DNA from: an uncultured Nitrososphaerota archaeon | GTDB taxonomy: Archaea > Thermoproteota > Nitrososphaeria > Nitrososphaerales > Gagatemarchaeaceae | DNA: 32,000 nt | Direction: 5' to 3' | Assembly (NCBI GenBank): GCA_963718895.1 | Contig: CAVRAG010000008.1 | Coordinates: 462,605-494,604, forward strand | In this document: one piece after another, positions 31,927 through 32,000 of the stretch | Layout: each line of letters begins with the position of its first letter | Position numbering within the stretch: the stretch's first letter is position 1 | The notes under the pieces: generated by a model | What the model was told of the DNA's origin: nothing | The model's database searches: none | The model's input: the letters and a program-made list of their open reading frames with translations, nothing else | Position numbers and translations under genes: made by a program

Positions 31927-32000
31927 CGCTCCGTCATGAGACCCCGGCGGACTTCAATATAGGTTGTCGCATCGTGCCGCCGGGCCCGGCCCTCCGCGAA

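Overview
The window looks archaeal. Evidence: a Sulfolobus/Thermoplasma-type zinc ferredoxin, an Lrp-TRASH copper regulator, sulfocyanin-type cupredoxins, AT-rich TATA-like boxes about 25 nt upstream of start codons, and tightly overlapping ATGA gene junctions. Taxonomy is inference only. The content is mostly transition-metal homeostasis and aerobic copper-protein respiration.

(1) 0.7-4.8 kb: a manganese/iron module. It has two Nramp (MntH) genes, one of them frame-disrupted, flanking a DtxR/MntR-type repressor. Both Nramp promoters carry the same 14-bp palindrome.

(2) 5-16.9 kb: a respiratory set. It has three paralogous 'VIGVNNT..W' blue-copper proteins, one fused to a CtaG-like oxidase-assembly membrane domain. 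It also has a heme-copper oxidase (subunits I and II) and an upstream operon encoding two hemerythrin-like proteins, a small Cys protein and a Rieske protein. An AT-richer accessory stretch with orphan genes, small regulators and a Zn-ferredoxin is interleaved.

(3) 16.9-23 kb: an accessory and decaying zone. It contains a multiply frameshifted DUF488 pseudogene, AlkA glycosylase, DUF2945, a broken receiver domain, VapBC, a tRNA 3'-end-like fragment and a MutS-domain-V ATPase paralog.

(4) 23-31.9 kb: a copper/heavy-metal island. It has a YHS chaperone, a CopR (Lrp+TRASH) regulator, a CopA P1B-ATPase with an N-terminal YHS domain, and an HMA chaperone. These are followed by a tandem-domain sulfocyanin, a Gly/Met-rich small protein next to a membrane-tethered winged-helix protein sharing the same GGMMG motif, a CDF-like transporter with a Cys-rich N-terminus, an AN1 zinc-finger protein, a His-bearing membrane protein and a cupin.

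No rRNA, complete tRNA, CRISPR array or transposase was recognised. The most novel candidates are the GGMMG pair (a possible membrane one-component copper sensor plus binding protein), the tandem sulfocyanin with one ligand-deficient domain, the CtaG-cupredoxin fusion, and the hemerythrin/Rieske operon feeding an oxidase that lacks the canonical cross-link tyrosine position.
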